Source: Fistulifera solaris (Eukaryota). From it: DNA of 64,000 bases. How positions within the stretch are numbered: position 1 is the stretch's first letter; every line of letters begins with the position of its first letter. Below the pieces are notes generated by a model. It was not told where the DNA came from, searched no databases, and saw only the letters and a list, made by a program, of their open reading frames with translations. This document shows positions 39,601-51,725 of this stretch, in pieces. Position numbers and translations under genes: made by a program. The DNA is taken from assembly GCA_030295235.1 (NCBI GenBank), contig AP026162.1:2542001-2606000 (forward strand), read 5' to 3'.

Positions 39601-42600
39601 TTACGGCTTATCCGAAGCTGCACTAAAAGATGATCCCACTTTACTGCAGCGACGAAGAGACCTGGCTCATACTGCGGCAACGATGCTTGAAAGGAGCCAT
39701 TTGATACGATATGATCGCAAAACCGGCACGCTTTATCCAACCCCTCTTGGGCGAGTGTCCAGTCAATACTATATATCTCACACGTCGATGGCAGTTTACA
39801 CTCGAAACATGAGGCCGAACATGTCAGACATTGAACTTCTTCGTCTTTTTTCGATGAGCGGCGAATTTGCACACATAACAGTCAGAGAAGATGAAAAGCT
39901 TGAGATCAACAAACTAGCCGGTCGCGTCCCCATCCCTATCAAGGAAAGTCCTACGGAGCCACTTGCGAAAATTAACGTTCTCTTGCAAGCTTATATTTCT
40001 AGGATGAAATTAGAAGGCTTCGCGCTTTCAGCTGACATGGCATTTATCCAACAGTCTGCCGCTCGTATCATGCGCGCGCTTTTTGAAATCGCTTTACGAC
40101 GCAACTGGGCTTCACTGGCGACACTGTGCCTCGACTTTTCAAACATGGTTTCTTCCCGTGTATGGAGGAGCCAGTCACCTCTGCGTCAATTCCGAAACGT
40201 ACCTGAAGTTGTCGCTCGTAAGCTAGAGCGAAAGAGTGATATAGAATGGGCTAGATATATTGATCTTACACCTGCCGATATCGGTGAACTTGTTGGAGTG
40301 CCAAAAATGGGAAGGGCCCTACACAAGCTAGTACAGCAATTTCCGCGAATGGAGCTTTCTGCGCAGATTCAACCGATATCGAGATCCATGCTCCGCGTGG
40401 AGTTGACATTGGTCCCAGCGTTTCAGTTCGACGCGACTATTCATGGATACTCTCAACTGTTCCATATTTTAGTAGAGGATGTAAACGGTGAAACCATTCT
40501 TCATCATGAAACGTTCGCACTCCAGAGCAGGGTAGCAGAAAGCGAGCATATTCTTGTCATTTCCGTTCCGATCATGGAACCGTTGCCCCCAGCGTATTTT
40601 ATCAGAGTGATGTCAGATCGCTGGCTTCATTCGTCGTCCGTTCTCCCAATCTCTTTCCAATCAATGATATTGCCAGCGAAATTTCATCCCCCAACGGAGC
40701 TGTTGGACTTGCAACCTTTGCTACCGAGTGCTCTCGGCGAGCGGTCTTTCCAAAAGCTGTTTCCTTTTAGCGAGTTCAACCCCATACAAACGCAAACTTT
40801 TCACGAACTGTACAAGAGCTCCAAGAACTGTCTTGTATGTTCTGCGTCCGGGACAGGAAAGAGCATTTGTGGAGTATTTGCAGTACTTCGAATGTTAACA
40901 ACGGATGCTGATGGAAAGTGTGTCTACGTTGCGCCAACGGATGAGATAGCCGATTTCACGTTTGACGAATGGGTTCGATGTCTCGGATCCATCCTGCCGA
41001 AGTCATCAATAACTCGGTTAACGGGAGAAACCGCCCTGGATCTTGTACTTCTGCGTGCATGCAAGGTCGCAATTTGCTCAGTGCGTCAATGGGATATATT
41101 AAGTCGACGATGGAGACAACGCAAAGATGTACAAGCAGTTTCTCTTTACATTTTCGACGAGATTCATTTTCTCGGAGGTGAACTTGGGCCCACAATGGAA
41201 GTGGTAATCTCTCGCACTCGTTACATTAGTAGCCAACTTCAAGAGAAAGACGAAAATAAGAAGATCCGCATTGTAGGACTTGGTGCGTCGCTGGCCAATG
41301 CAAGGGACATCGCGGAGTGGATGGGCGTACCTGCGAAAAGTTTGTTCAATTTTTCGCCGAAAGCAAGACCGTTTCCTTTGGAAATTTATTTGCAATCATT
41401 TGAGCAAGCAAATTTTTCAAGCCGCTTGATGGCAATGGCAAAGCCAGTTTACAATGCAGTGGAGAGACATCACGCTGGACGGTCATCTATTATATATGTC
41501 CCGAGCAAGCGTCAAGCCCAGCTAACGGCAATCGATCTTATGACCTATGGGGAAAGTCAAGGTGAGCGCGTTTTTGCAGCGCCAAATCTTGGAGAACACG
41601 CAGTACGCATCGATAGTGTGCGTGAAGCTGCGCTGCGCCAAGTGCTAGAAGCTGGTATTGGCTTTGTGCACAATGGAATGATCGAGTCCGATATGTCTAC
41701 CGTAGTAGACTTGTACCAGGCAGGAGCGATTAAGGTTCTCGTCTGCCCGGCAGATTTATGCTGGCGCATCAGGTGCGTTGCGCACTTGATAGTCATAATG
41801 GGAACTGAATATTACGATGGTCGTGAGGGAAGACACGTTGACTATCCGATAACTGATATGCTGCACATGATGGGCAGACAAGAAAGTACATCTAGTGGCA
41901 AGTGCGTGATTCTTTGTCACGCTCCCAAGAAGGAATATCTCAAAAAGTTATTATATGATCCTTTGCCCATTGAAAGCCACCTTGACTCATACCTTCACGA
42001 TCCACTGAACTCTGAAGTTGTGACGAAAACGATTACGTCAATGCAGGACGCGATTGACTACTTGACGTGGTCATTTCTCTATCGCCGTCTGACAAAGAAT
42101 CCAACCTACTATGGCATGCAAGGGACGTCAAACGCATATCTGAGTGAACATTTAAGCGAGATGGTCGAAGCTGTCATCGGGGATCTTGAGGAAAGCAAGT
42201 GTTGTAGTGTTTCCGAGGATGGAAATGTGACGGCTCTAAACTTGGGCATGATTGCGTCATATTATTATGTTCAATACAGAACGCTTGAACTGATCGCTTC
42301 ATCCGTCACCGCCAAGACAAAAAATCGTGGAATTCTTGAAATTCTTTCCGCTTCGTGGGAATTTTCTGCCTTACCGATTCGGTACGGCGAAGAAAAGACA
42401 ATGAAGATAATTGCAAGAACTCTGACCCACAAACTTCCTGATGACAGCTCTTACGATTCCAACACAAAGGCGTTAATTCTTTTGCAAAGCCACTTCAGTC
42501 GAACCGTACTATCCGCAGATATGCACATGGATCAAAAGATTGTTTTGAAAGAATCAGTTAATTTGGTGCGAGCGATTGTCGACGTAATCAGCAGCAATGG

Positions 42601-43261
42601 CTGGCTAAAACCAGCGCTGGCAGCCATGGAATTGAGTCAAATGATTGTGCAGGGATTATGGAACAAAGATCATGTACTCCGCCAAATCCCTCATTTCACA
42701 GAAGAGATTGTTCAGCGCTGTCTGAAATACGAAGGCGAGGAAGCTATCGAAACCGTGTTTGACATATTGTCTATAGACGACGACGTTCGCAATAACTTGC
42801 TTCAGTTACCCGATGATAAAATGGCCGACGTTGCGACTTTTTGCAACACGTATCCGAACATTGAAGTTACCTATACCGTAGAGGATGCCGACGAAATCAC
42901 AGCAGGAGACGCCGTGAAGATGGTGGTGACACTTGAGCGTGAAATGGACGAAGAGGAAGAAGTAGACGAGCAAGAACTAGGAAAAGTTGTCGCTCCTCTT
43001 TTCCCAGGCGAAAAGAAAGAGGCTTGGTGGGTCATTGTCGGTGATTTGTCTACCAACACGCTTTTTTCGATCAAACGAGTCAATTTACAACGCCGCAAAC
43101 AGCTCACATTGGAGTTCATGGCCCCCGAGTCGGCTGGAGACTATGACCTTACGCTATTTTGCATGAGTGACAGCTACCTTGGATGCGACCAAGAGTATTC
43201 GGTTTCATTAAATGTAGGGGCAGCTGAGTCGGAAAATGAAAGCGAAAGTGACGACGAATAA
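36679..43261 (+). CDS. BRR2: U5 snRNP helicase Brr2 (SNRNP200)
   Basis: [22 protein letters not shown], two helicase/Sec63 cassettes, C-terminal [10 protein letters not shown]; intron 38119-38194; homopolymer frameshifts near 37495, 38820 and 39048. Confidence 0.97.
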
Positions 43262-43450
43262 AGACAATTCTTATAAAATTTAACTTCAACAACAACGCAA
43301 AAATCATCCGAAATATTTTGAGGTCGAGCGCTCATTGCCGCCATTACTGGAATAGTCGCCCGCTTGGTGTGTTCCATTTTCCGAAGAGTAGGAACCGTGG
43401 TCCTCTTTGAAATGAACGAATTTGTGAGTGAAGTCAGGGCGCAACCAATC

Positions 43451-44330
43451 CTATTTCCTGTCTTGACACTTACCACGATAATACAAAGGGTAGTAATGCG
43501 CGTAATACGGAGGCTGCGGTCCGTAATGTTCTACTGGACGATACATCTCCCGGTGCTCTTCCGCTCTCGTGTAAGGGTGGGGTCGAAAGACTCCCTCCGG
43601 AATACTCGCTCGAGATAAACCCAAGACCAGGGGCTCATACATATCCGGATCAACGGACGGTGGCTCCGGAGCGTCCATAGGATACGGCTGCCGAATGCCT
43701 GCAGTTTGCTGGGCTTGTTCCTTGCGCCATGCGGCAATGTCTTCCTTGTACTGAGCCCGTTCACGCTCTTCTTCTTCCACATACGGCGCTCGCTCGGCCG
43801 GCGTGGCATTGCGCCACATTTCTCCCAACAACCGCGAGACGTCCGTGTTGCTCATGTCGGGATTTTCGTGCTTGACTTTAGTTCGACGCTTTTGCGAGTA
43901 TTTCAAAAAGGCCGACATGGGACGTTTGGGTGCGAGGGTGTTTCTTGGCGCGTCGCTTGGGAATGTTCCATGGCCCCTTGTATTCGGCCTTCTCGCTCAC
44001 ATAGCGGACCTTGTCGTTGCGCGCTTCTTCATCCCAAAAAGCGCGTTGGTGGTCCGTGAGACTTCTCCACTCATCCGCGACGTACTTCAAAAAGTCCTGA
44101 TGCGTTGTTTGTCCCGATTTTTCCTTCTTTTTGGCATCCGAGAAACAAATAAAGGCAGATCGTGGTGGCTTGGGAGGATGGACGTTCTCTTCACCCTCCA
44201 CAACAATCGGGTCTTTCTTGCTCGCGGAAGGAAAGCTCTGAAAGAAAGGGATACAGAGTTAAGTGTTATCTATTGATGATCTTTAAAGAGGGGTCTCACT
44301 TCAACGTACCGCACGGATAGGAGAAGGCAT
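43451..44330 (-). CDS. Double HMG-box protein
   Basis: PKPPRSAFICF and PMSAFLKYSQKRR...LGEMWRN boxes; short first exon MPSPIRA plus intron about 44238-44309; a possible further 3' exon after a GTAAGT donor near 43473. Confidence 0.88.
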
Positions 44331-45397
44331 CGTTCAAGCGATCGATTGTCTTTTTGAGGCGAATACTAATTATGAAGGTATCGCTTGACACGGGAAATAC
44401 GAACGGCAAAGAAGGAACATATTGAGCAAAGAGGGAAAACTTTTGAAGCACAAGCGTTGCGTGACTTTTACACTCAATAACAACTTGCTTGATTATGGAA
44501 ACACACGCTATTTTCATGGGATTTGTGAGTTGAAAATCCTTGAGACTGCATCGTGGGACTTGTTTTGGCAACGGAGTTGTTGTCACTAAATAAATCACGC
44601 TTAGTACAATTGTCATATGCTTCCTTAACGGTCGAATACTATCACTTTCTCCGTGATGTGTCCGTTGACTATGATACTTATTTCGTAGCTGTACCGCTGT
44701 GTCGCAACGGAAGTGAAAGACAATCTCGACAATGGTTTCACGAAAAAGGGGCTCCGCGATAATACGTGCTTGTACACTAATCAATATAGTGGAAATTAAA
44801 TCACGAAAGTGTCTCAATGAAAAAACCGCAACCTGAAAGGTCTACCTTGGTGGAGCATCAATCAATCAAATAGCGTTCTATTGACATTTTCTTCATGAAT
44901 TCATATAAATCAAATAATGCGGTTCTATTGTTTGCTTTATTTTTATCAGGATCGATCTGGTTTCGGCGAAAAGGCGCGCTCCGATACTACCCGTGCTTTT
45001 TTACCGTAGAAAATCGACTCAAAAGCCGCAAATCCCGCTGTAAGAGCGTCATTTTCTCTCATTTTCGGCAGGTTGCTTTCTACCTATGAGATAATCATAA
45101 ATTTCAATTTTGAGAGAAACTGATCGCCTTAAAAAGAAGTTATGGTAACATGAATAGCAATTCGCCATTGTCGTCGTGTTGTTATTGCAGTGGAAAATTG
45201 AGTAATGCAACGTGTCTGGACTATAATGCCATTATGTATATACCATTCGGGTCAAATGAGTTTCTGAGTACTATAAAATATATAGGACACGATTACTATA
45301 TACATAAGTGTGTTTCTACGACAGTATACCGTTTGAAGCTACACCTTGCCTTTCCCACTGAACACATTTTTTCTTCACGACATTATCGCGCAAAAAT

Positions 45398-46229
45398 GCA
45401 TCCGAACATGGCGACTCGACGACGCAGCAGTGAAATCAATTCTGGGCGAGCTTGTGTTGTTTTGCACCATTCAAACAAGCGACGAAGGAGTGATAGATCG
45501 GTGCAAAACAACACAAGCAGAGCCCCGGAGTGCGAAGATATTTGGTCGGTTGTCGTGGCATTGTTTCGTCATGCCACTCCCGGTATCTGGTGGCGATTAT
45601 TGCCAGAAAACAATAAAAACGATGATATTTCCTACGCAACTTCAGTCGATTGGGAGAACATATGTCCTTTATTGATTTATGTCAAAATTTTGGAGAAGAA
45701 ATTGGTTTTGGGAGTCGAAAACCTTTTTGTGATGAAAGAAGCGCTTGATACACTCGTGGACAAGATGGGGCGAAAGAAAATTCATATTTCCACCTATCGT
45801 CCACCACACAGCAAGCAGGCTTTCTACTTTTGTGTTGGGCAACCTTTGTATTCTAAGGTCAAGGAATGTGCCCGTATGGATGCTTCTGAGTTAGCTCCGG
45901 GACCTCCCGGGATGACCGATGACAAGCTCCGCAAAAATGCCGCCTTGCTTCAGACGTACTCCGCGAACACCAAATCGAGCATGTACTCAGCAAATGAACA
46001 AGAAAATCTGCACTTACTAGCTAACGCTGTTCTTGAACAAGAACAAGAACAAGAAATCTTTGCTGTGCCATTATCGAGAGAAGATGAGATCGAAAACGCC
46101 ATCACATATGCACTGGCGCTTGCATTCGAAAGGGTTCCGCGCTACGTTCGTCAATCGGACGACAAAATCACCTTGGCGTTGTTGCAAGGCCCAGGAAGTC
46201 GAAAGATTTTGACGGAAGAGTCTTTATGA
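45398..46229 (+). CDS. Transposon-borne ORF, probably the N-terminal part of the transposase
   Basis: Long ORF between the left TIR and the transposase fragment, overlapping it by 4 nt; basic NLS-like RRR motifs. Confidence 0.5.
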
Positions 46230-47131
46230 AAAGGGTTAGTAAAGAGAAAGAGTACAGCCGAGCAACACCAAGTTACAAGTTTCACGACAGCATTTCGATC
46301 AACAACGAGATCAAGAACGGCTCTTGGAGAGCCCTTTACAATGATTTGAAAGACATCTGCGGTGATATGACAGTGGGCGAGTTTTTCGATGCACTTTCCG
46401 ATTTCTATGAGCTTCGCGACGAAGTGGCTGCAGTCCTGCAATTTCGCAACACAGTCACAAAGAGACCTTTAGACGAGGATGATCAGCTGTGTGACTTCGA
46501 CATCAAAGAGCTTGAAGTTCGTTGCTATTACCCGGCAGGGCATAAAGTCGAGGTGGACATTTCCTGTGATTCTTCCTTCATGCTGAGCATTATGCACCAA
46601 GTCGGTCAAGCACTTCGAGAAAAATTTCACTGGGTGGACAAGAACGAGAAAATATATCTGGTGATGGATAACGCAGGAGGACACGGAACACAGCTAGCCA
46701 AAGAAGAATACAGACGAAAATTGGAGAGCGAATACAACGTTGAGATTGTCTGGCAAGTTCCTCGGTCGCCCGAAACAAACATGCTTGATCTCGGAGTCTG
46801 GATGAGCATTCAAAACAAGGTCGAAAAGGTTCATCACGGAAAACGACCCGATTGCGATGCGCTTGCACGATCAATTGAAGAGGCATGGGAGCACCATCTT
46901 TCACCTCAAGCATTTCTAAACGTGTGGAAGCGATTGCGGCGTGTTTTGAAATTGATTGTGGACGACAAAGGCGGCAACAATCTGGTCGAGTCGGAACGAG
47001 GCAAACTCTTCAGAGACCCAACGATTGACGATTTGCTGAACGCCCACAACGACACAAACGACGAAGATCAAGAGAACAACAACGAAAATGAGAATGACGA
47101 AGCAAGCGACGAAGAGAATGACAACGAGTAA
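46226..47131 (+). pseudogene. Transposase C-terminal fragment
   Basis: YLVMDNAGGHG-...-QVPRSPETNMLDLGVW with 39 residues between the two Asp; first catalytic Asp region not found. Confidence 0.88.
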
Positions 47132-47362
47132 CAATCAAATGAATGGTTTGAAGAGCTTTATTTAATCTTGCTGCGATCGGCATTTCATGGTTTTCTACGT
47201 GCTTTTACGTGACGGCAAAGAGTATAGATCTAAAGAGTACTTAGAAACTCATTTGACCCGAATGGTACGTAGAATTCTGGTACATTTCTACAGCACATTT
47301 TTGCCAGTCCCTTGTGACGCGAAACCAGCCCTTATAAAGATCGCAACAACAAAACACCGACG

Positions 47363-48827
47363 ATGAGACACCATGAGAAGCAATTGATGATCATCCTAAT
47401 GCCGAGGATATGAGTTGGTGTACTGGAGTTGTATTTCTCATTCATTCAATTTTTAGCATGTCATGTTGCTACGATTAGTCGTCAGCATTGCTTTCTTGCA
47501 AATCGCGCTCACAATCAATACAATAAAAGCGTTGATGTTGCACAATGTCTGCAACAGAGCACAGCGGAAGCCATTTGGCTTCCTGCAACGGGAATTTTGC
47601 AAAATCTAGGGAAAGATCAGATTCCCGATCATATTCAATCACAACTCGTGGAAACAATTTGTGAAATGAATGCCTATTATCGCACTATTGTGCGAGACAG
47701 TGCGTGTCAACTGGCGGCACCGCGGTGTCAGAATTAGCAGCCTTTGTGCGCTTTTTGGGTTCTTCAAGGACAATGTACGAATGAAAACTATCGAAAATAC
47801 ATGGAAACCATTTGTCCGGTCGCGTGTCGTCTCTGTCACACGGAACTCTTTCGTGCACGGGCTTGGCTGGATTTGTTACAAGAACTAAATCGTATGTATT
47901 CTACAAATGAATTCGACGTTGTGACACGACGTCAGCGTGTACTAGAAGATTTAATGAGTCGTTTGGGGATGTCAACGAATCCGTCAAATCATTTTGCCGA
48001 AGAATTGGTACAACGCATCCATGCCGTGATACCTCGATTTCTTGCCAACCTGTATTCCACCAAAGAACCTCTCACCAAAGAAGAAATGAGTTTGTTGTGT
48101 GAATTACACGGCCTGGATCTGAATCTACCGGCGGATCAAGTCAAATTGGCTGTTCTGGTCCCATACCGGGAACGCGGTCACATAGTTGCCTGGATGGAAT
48201 TAACCGATGCTCTCATTGTACGACCAATTCAACTCTCGGTAGCTTTTGCGATTCCGAATGAAGAAGCTTTGCAGACGATTCGCGATCTTCATATGCCTAT
48301 TTTGGAAATGGGAGCTGGGTCTGGTTATTGGACGGCGCGTTTGCAGAGCATGGGAGTTTCGGTCGTGGCCTACGATGCTGCTCGCGGAGCGGACAATGCG
48401 TTTTTCAACGTTTGGTACACGGATGAAATTCAACAAGGCAATTGTGAACAAGTCCTGCAAGCACAACCGGAACTGGCTCCAACACACGCCTTGTTACTCA
48501 TCTGGCCCAACGACCCCGATCCCATCGATCATCCACAATTCTGTCACGGCGACGTGTGTGATGACTCGGAACCCGTGTGGGATGCAGCCTGTTTACAGGC
48601 TTACATGAAGAACGGTGGAACGACCGTGATCTTTGTCGGAGAACGACAGCGGGTGTTGCAGGAACGTTACGGCACGAATGAAAGTGGCATGTCGGCGACG
48701 TTGCAATTTCAGCGACTCTTGGAGAAACACTTTGTTTTACAAAGTGTTGTGTCGATTCCCCCAATTGTGGCTGAATGACGATGACATGACAGTATGGACG
48801 CGCAAGGTAGGAACAGACGAATTGTAA
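47363..48827 (+). pseudogene. ShK-domain plus class I SAM-dependent methyltransferase-like gene, disrupted
   Basis: CQN*QPLCAFWVLQGQC...YMETICPVACRLC (ShKT pattern); ILEMGAGSGYW...VVAYD (SAM motif I/II); in-frame TGA 47411 and TAG 47735; frameshift near 48760. Confidence 0.7.
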
Positions 48828-49246
48828 GCGGAGTGGGTGCCCCAATTTACATCAACGAGAGACGACCACAGTACATCATCGATCGCCGACGTACAATCGT
48901 GGCGGGGCCATGCGAAACGGAGCACATCCGTACTTGAGGATGTAACTGTCTCCGTTTTTCTCTTTTGTGGAAAAGTGTTGATGCAGACGGTAGTTTCTTT
49001 ACTAAACGGAGTACTAGAAAAGATACGAGACGATTTATTCTCTAATTTTTAGCCTCATTTTTGGCGCCTTAGATTTTGTACTCTATTTCCTACAGTACTT
49101 TTTTAATAAACGCGCTGCGTTTATTGTTTGGCGACAGTTCTCTTTTCTCACGATGTTGTTGTTGCTGCTTCGTATCTTCGATTCCTATTTAATTCATTCA
49201 TACAAGTTATTAATGCTGTACATTCGCACGAAAGAAGGCCGCTAAA

Positions 49247-50263
49247 ATGCCGAAAGGGAACAACAGTAAATCACCATCCGTCCGGTTTGCCGAGGATACC
49301 CAGCCCGACGACGAACCGGATGAGACTCATGCCAAACGCAAATCCGAACGACCGAACGCCTACGAAGAAGACGATCTAGATGAATGGTCTGACGACGACG
49401 ACGAACCAGACTTATATTCCAAAGAAATACAACAAGCCCAAAAGAAACGTCGGTATCAAGATGAGGAGGAGGATACGACCACCAACATTAATGCGACGAC
49501 CTCGTTGGCTTCCGAAGGCATTGCCGTGGAACCCTTTCATATGAAACAAGAAGAAACGGATGGGACGGGATTCTTTGATGGTGATACGTATGTATTTCGA
49601 CGCGACAATAAAGAAGAACCGGATGCCTGGTTGGATGGTTTAGAGAATAATAATGAAGAACCCGCCGTCCGGTCGGTTCCGCGACCCCGTGAGAAGCCCC
49701 GTGAAGAGACGGAGAATTTTGATAGCATGGAACCTGCCGTATTGTATGCTCGAATGATACCATTGGTGAGTGAATCCGAAACCGTTCTTAAAGCGATTGC
49801 GCGGTACGGAAACTCGATGAAACGCACTCCACAAGGGGAAACGAATCAGCTGGCACAAGATGCGCTCAATTTGTTGACGAGTGCTTCGAATTCGTTACTG
49901 TTACGGGGTCAAGTGGATATTTACGAAAAGACACAAAAAGATTTACTACAACTGTTGCCGGAGGAGAAGCAACCACGAGATAATAGTACTAGTACGGTGC
50001 AATGGGAATACGAAGGACGTCACGATGGAAAAATACACGGTCCCTATTCAACCGCCGATATGCTGAGTTGGATGCAAGCCGGATACTTTGTCGGGGAATC
50101 AGCCGTGAATGTACGAACGGTACAGAAAAAAGTGAAATCGATGCAAGACGATCTAATGGACGATTTGCTGGAAGACGACGACGAAAACCAGAACCACGAG
50201 GACGAGTACGAGCGCGGCGATTGGGTCTTATCGGATCAAGTGAACTTTGCAAAGTATCAATAG
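49247..50263 (+). CDS. CD2BP2: CD2BP2/Lin1 (U5-52K) GYF-domain protein
   Basis: VEPFHMKQEE..GFFD, DAWLD, GYF domain (WEY...IHGPYST..MLSWMQAGYF). Confidence 0.9.
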   Translation: MPKGNNSKSPSVRFAEDTQPDDEPDETHAKRKSERPNAYEEDDLDEWSDDDDEPDLYSKEIQQAQKKRRYQDEEEDTTTNINATTSLASEGIAVEPFHMKQEETDGTGFFDGDTYVFRRDNKEEPDAWLDGLENNNEEPAVRSVPRPREKPREETENFDSMEPAVLYARMIPLVSESETVLKAIARYGNSMKRTPQGETNQLAQDALNLLTSASNSLLLRGQVDIYEKTQKDLLQLLPEEKQPRDNSTSTVQWEYEGRHDGKIHGPYSTADMLSWMQAGYFVGESAVNVRTVQKKVKSMQDDLMDDLLEDDDENQNHEDEYERGDWVLSDQVNFAKYQ

Positions 50264-50962
50264 TCGAGGATGCCGCAAATAAGCGCGATGCTCCCGTTGC
50301 GCCACTTACGGGGGGTCTGCTTGATTGAGCGCCTTCGCTGCTCGAAAGCTTGACAAAGATGACTCTAGAGACTTATAGTACAATGCCGTTGAATGGGTGG
50401 GTAAGCATTTACGAAGTTGAGACCCAGCCTGTAAAAGCATTCATCATCTATATAGTGCGCATTGGATGAAGCAGCGTGCCTACAGAAGAGAAAGGGGATA
50501 AGCGTTAAAAGTGGAAAGAAAGACGTCGTTTGTAACTGCTCCTTTTACTATCGATCTCCAGCGAGGCATGTCAAACATCAGTCACCCTTTGCATTTTGAG
50601 TTCTTGTCCCGGCCGCTTTTTGCTGCGAACATTAATTTTTCGTTCCTATGCGAATGAATGAACGCGCCCGGCGGAGGCGGGAACGCCCATCGCAGGATTT
50701 GTGTAGTACGTCGTACAGGTATCGAACTCAATCGGGTTGAGTGCCGCTGCTGACGTGGTGTGACGTACAAAACGCGTTTTTATCGGTCGGTTCGAACTCT
50801 CATAGAAAGTGTACACAACGGAACTTCCCTCTCTTTCTCCGGCAAACAAAACATCCTGCCACTTTTCTTCCGTCGTTTTTCGTTTCCTCAAGCGCTCCTT
50901 CTCTTGTTGCGAACCGCAGACTATACGCTTACGCTCCTCCATCATCAAAAAACAGTATCAAT

Positions 50963-51625
50963 ATGCTGTTTCAATGTTGTGTCACCGCCAATGCACCTTG
51001 GCCGCGTCCTCCCAAAGCCAATGAACAGTGCTTTGTGGTCAGCATCAGTACAACCCGTCGATTGTGTGGCATGTCCTTACAGATTCTGCACAAATCGCAC
51101 GACGATGACACCCGTTTGCCGCTTCCGCTGTCTCATATCGAAGGATTAACGAAAGAAGACTATGACGCTCGTATGCAACAAATCGAAAGGCGTCTCGCGG
51201 AATGGAAGGGTGGTTATGCGGATACTTTCTTGACGACCTGGGCGTTTCTGGTCATTGTGTTGTTTATCGTGGCTTACATGACACCGTCCTTTTGGTTGAC
51301 GAGCTTTCACGATCATCCCTTTTGGATCTTTTTACTCATGGTCGGTCATGTATGTGGATTTTATGGTCTCTATAAGTACATTGGTTCCGAAAATCGTCGC
51401 TTAGTCGATAAAATCGAACACGATCTGCAATTGTGGCATGACATTCGCGTCACCATGAAACGTGTGGCGTGTTTGCCACAAGCGACCACCTCCAGTGGTA
51501 TGTATTGTTTTTGTGTGACCCTGCAAACGAACGATGACGGTGATGCGGTCACTGTGGCCGTCTCCGAGGTCGATGACGAAGAAGGCGAACGCGAAGAACC
51601 GTGCACACCCGAGACTTCGGTTTAA
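50963..51625 (+). CDS. Hypothetical two-TM membrane protein
   Basis: ORF with two adjacent hydrophobic helices and an acidic tail. Confidence 0.6.
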   Translation: MLFQCCVTANAPWPRPPKANEQCFVVSISTTRRLCGMSLQILHKSHDDDTRLPLPLSHIEGLTKEDYDARMQQIERRLAEWKGGYADTFLTTWAFLVIVLFIVAYMTPSFWLTSFHDHPFWIFLLMVGHVCGFYGLYKYIGSENRRLVDKIEHDLQLWHDIRVTMKRVACLPQATTSSGMYCFCVTLQTNDDGDAVTVAVSEVDDEEGEREEPCTPETSV

Positions 51626-51725
51626 CATGTTTTTGTGACAATTTTCTAATATTTCAAAAGTAAAATTTTGCAATAAGACGACTGTACATAAGTTTCGTTG
51701 TATTTTACAAAGCAACGAATCGTGC

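Larger units (their letters stand above)
45243..47265 (+). mobile_element. Tc1/mariner superfamily (DD39D-type) DNA transposon, internally deleted
   Basis: 30-bp TIRs CCATTCGGGTCAAATGAGTTTCT(G/A)AGTACT at 45243-45272 and 47236-47265 with one mismatch, flanked by TA on both sides; transposase remnant inside. Confidence 0.92.

Noticed and set aside
36679..43261. Programmed frameshifting or pseudogenisation of BRR2 and other core genes
   Set aside because: Breaks fall in homopolymer runs (for example T-runs near 37492, 38818, 39045) across many essential genes, the signature of sequencing or consensus error
47363..47760. Alternative genetic code or stop readthrough (TAG/TGA in frame)
   Set aside because: Conserved genes terminate normally at TAG, TGA and TAA and contain no internal stops
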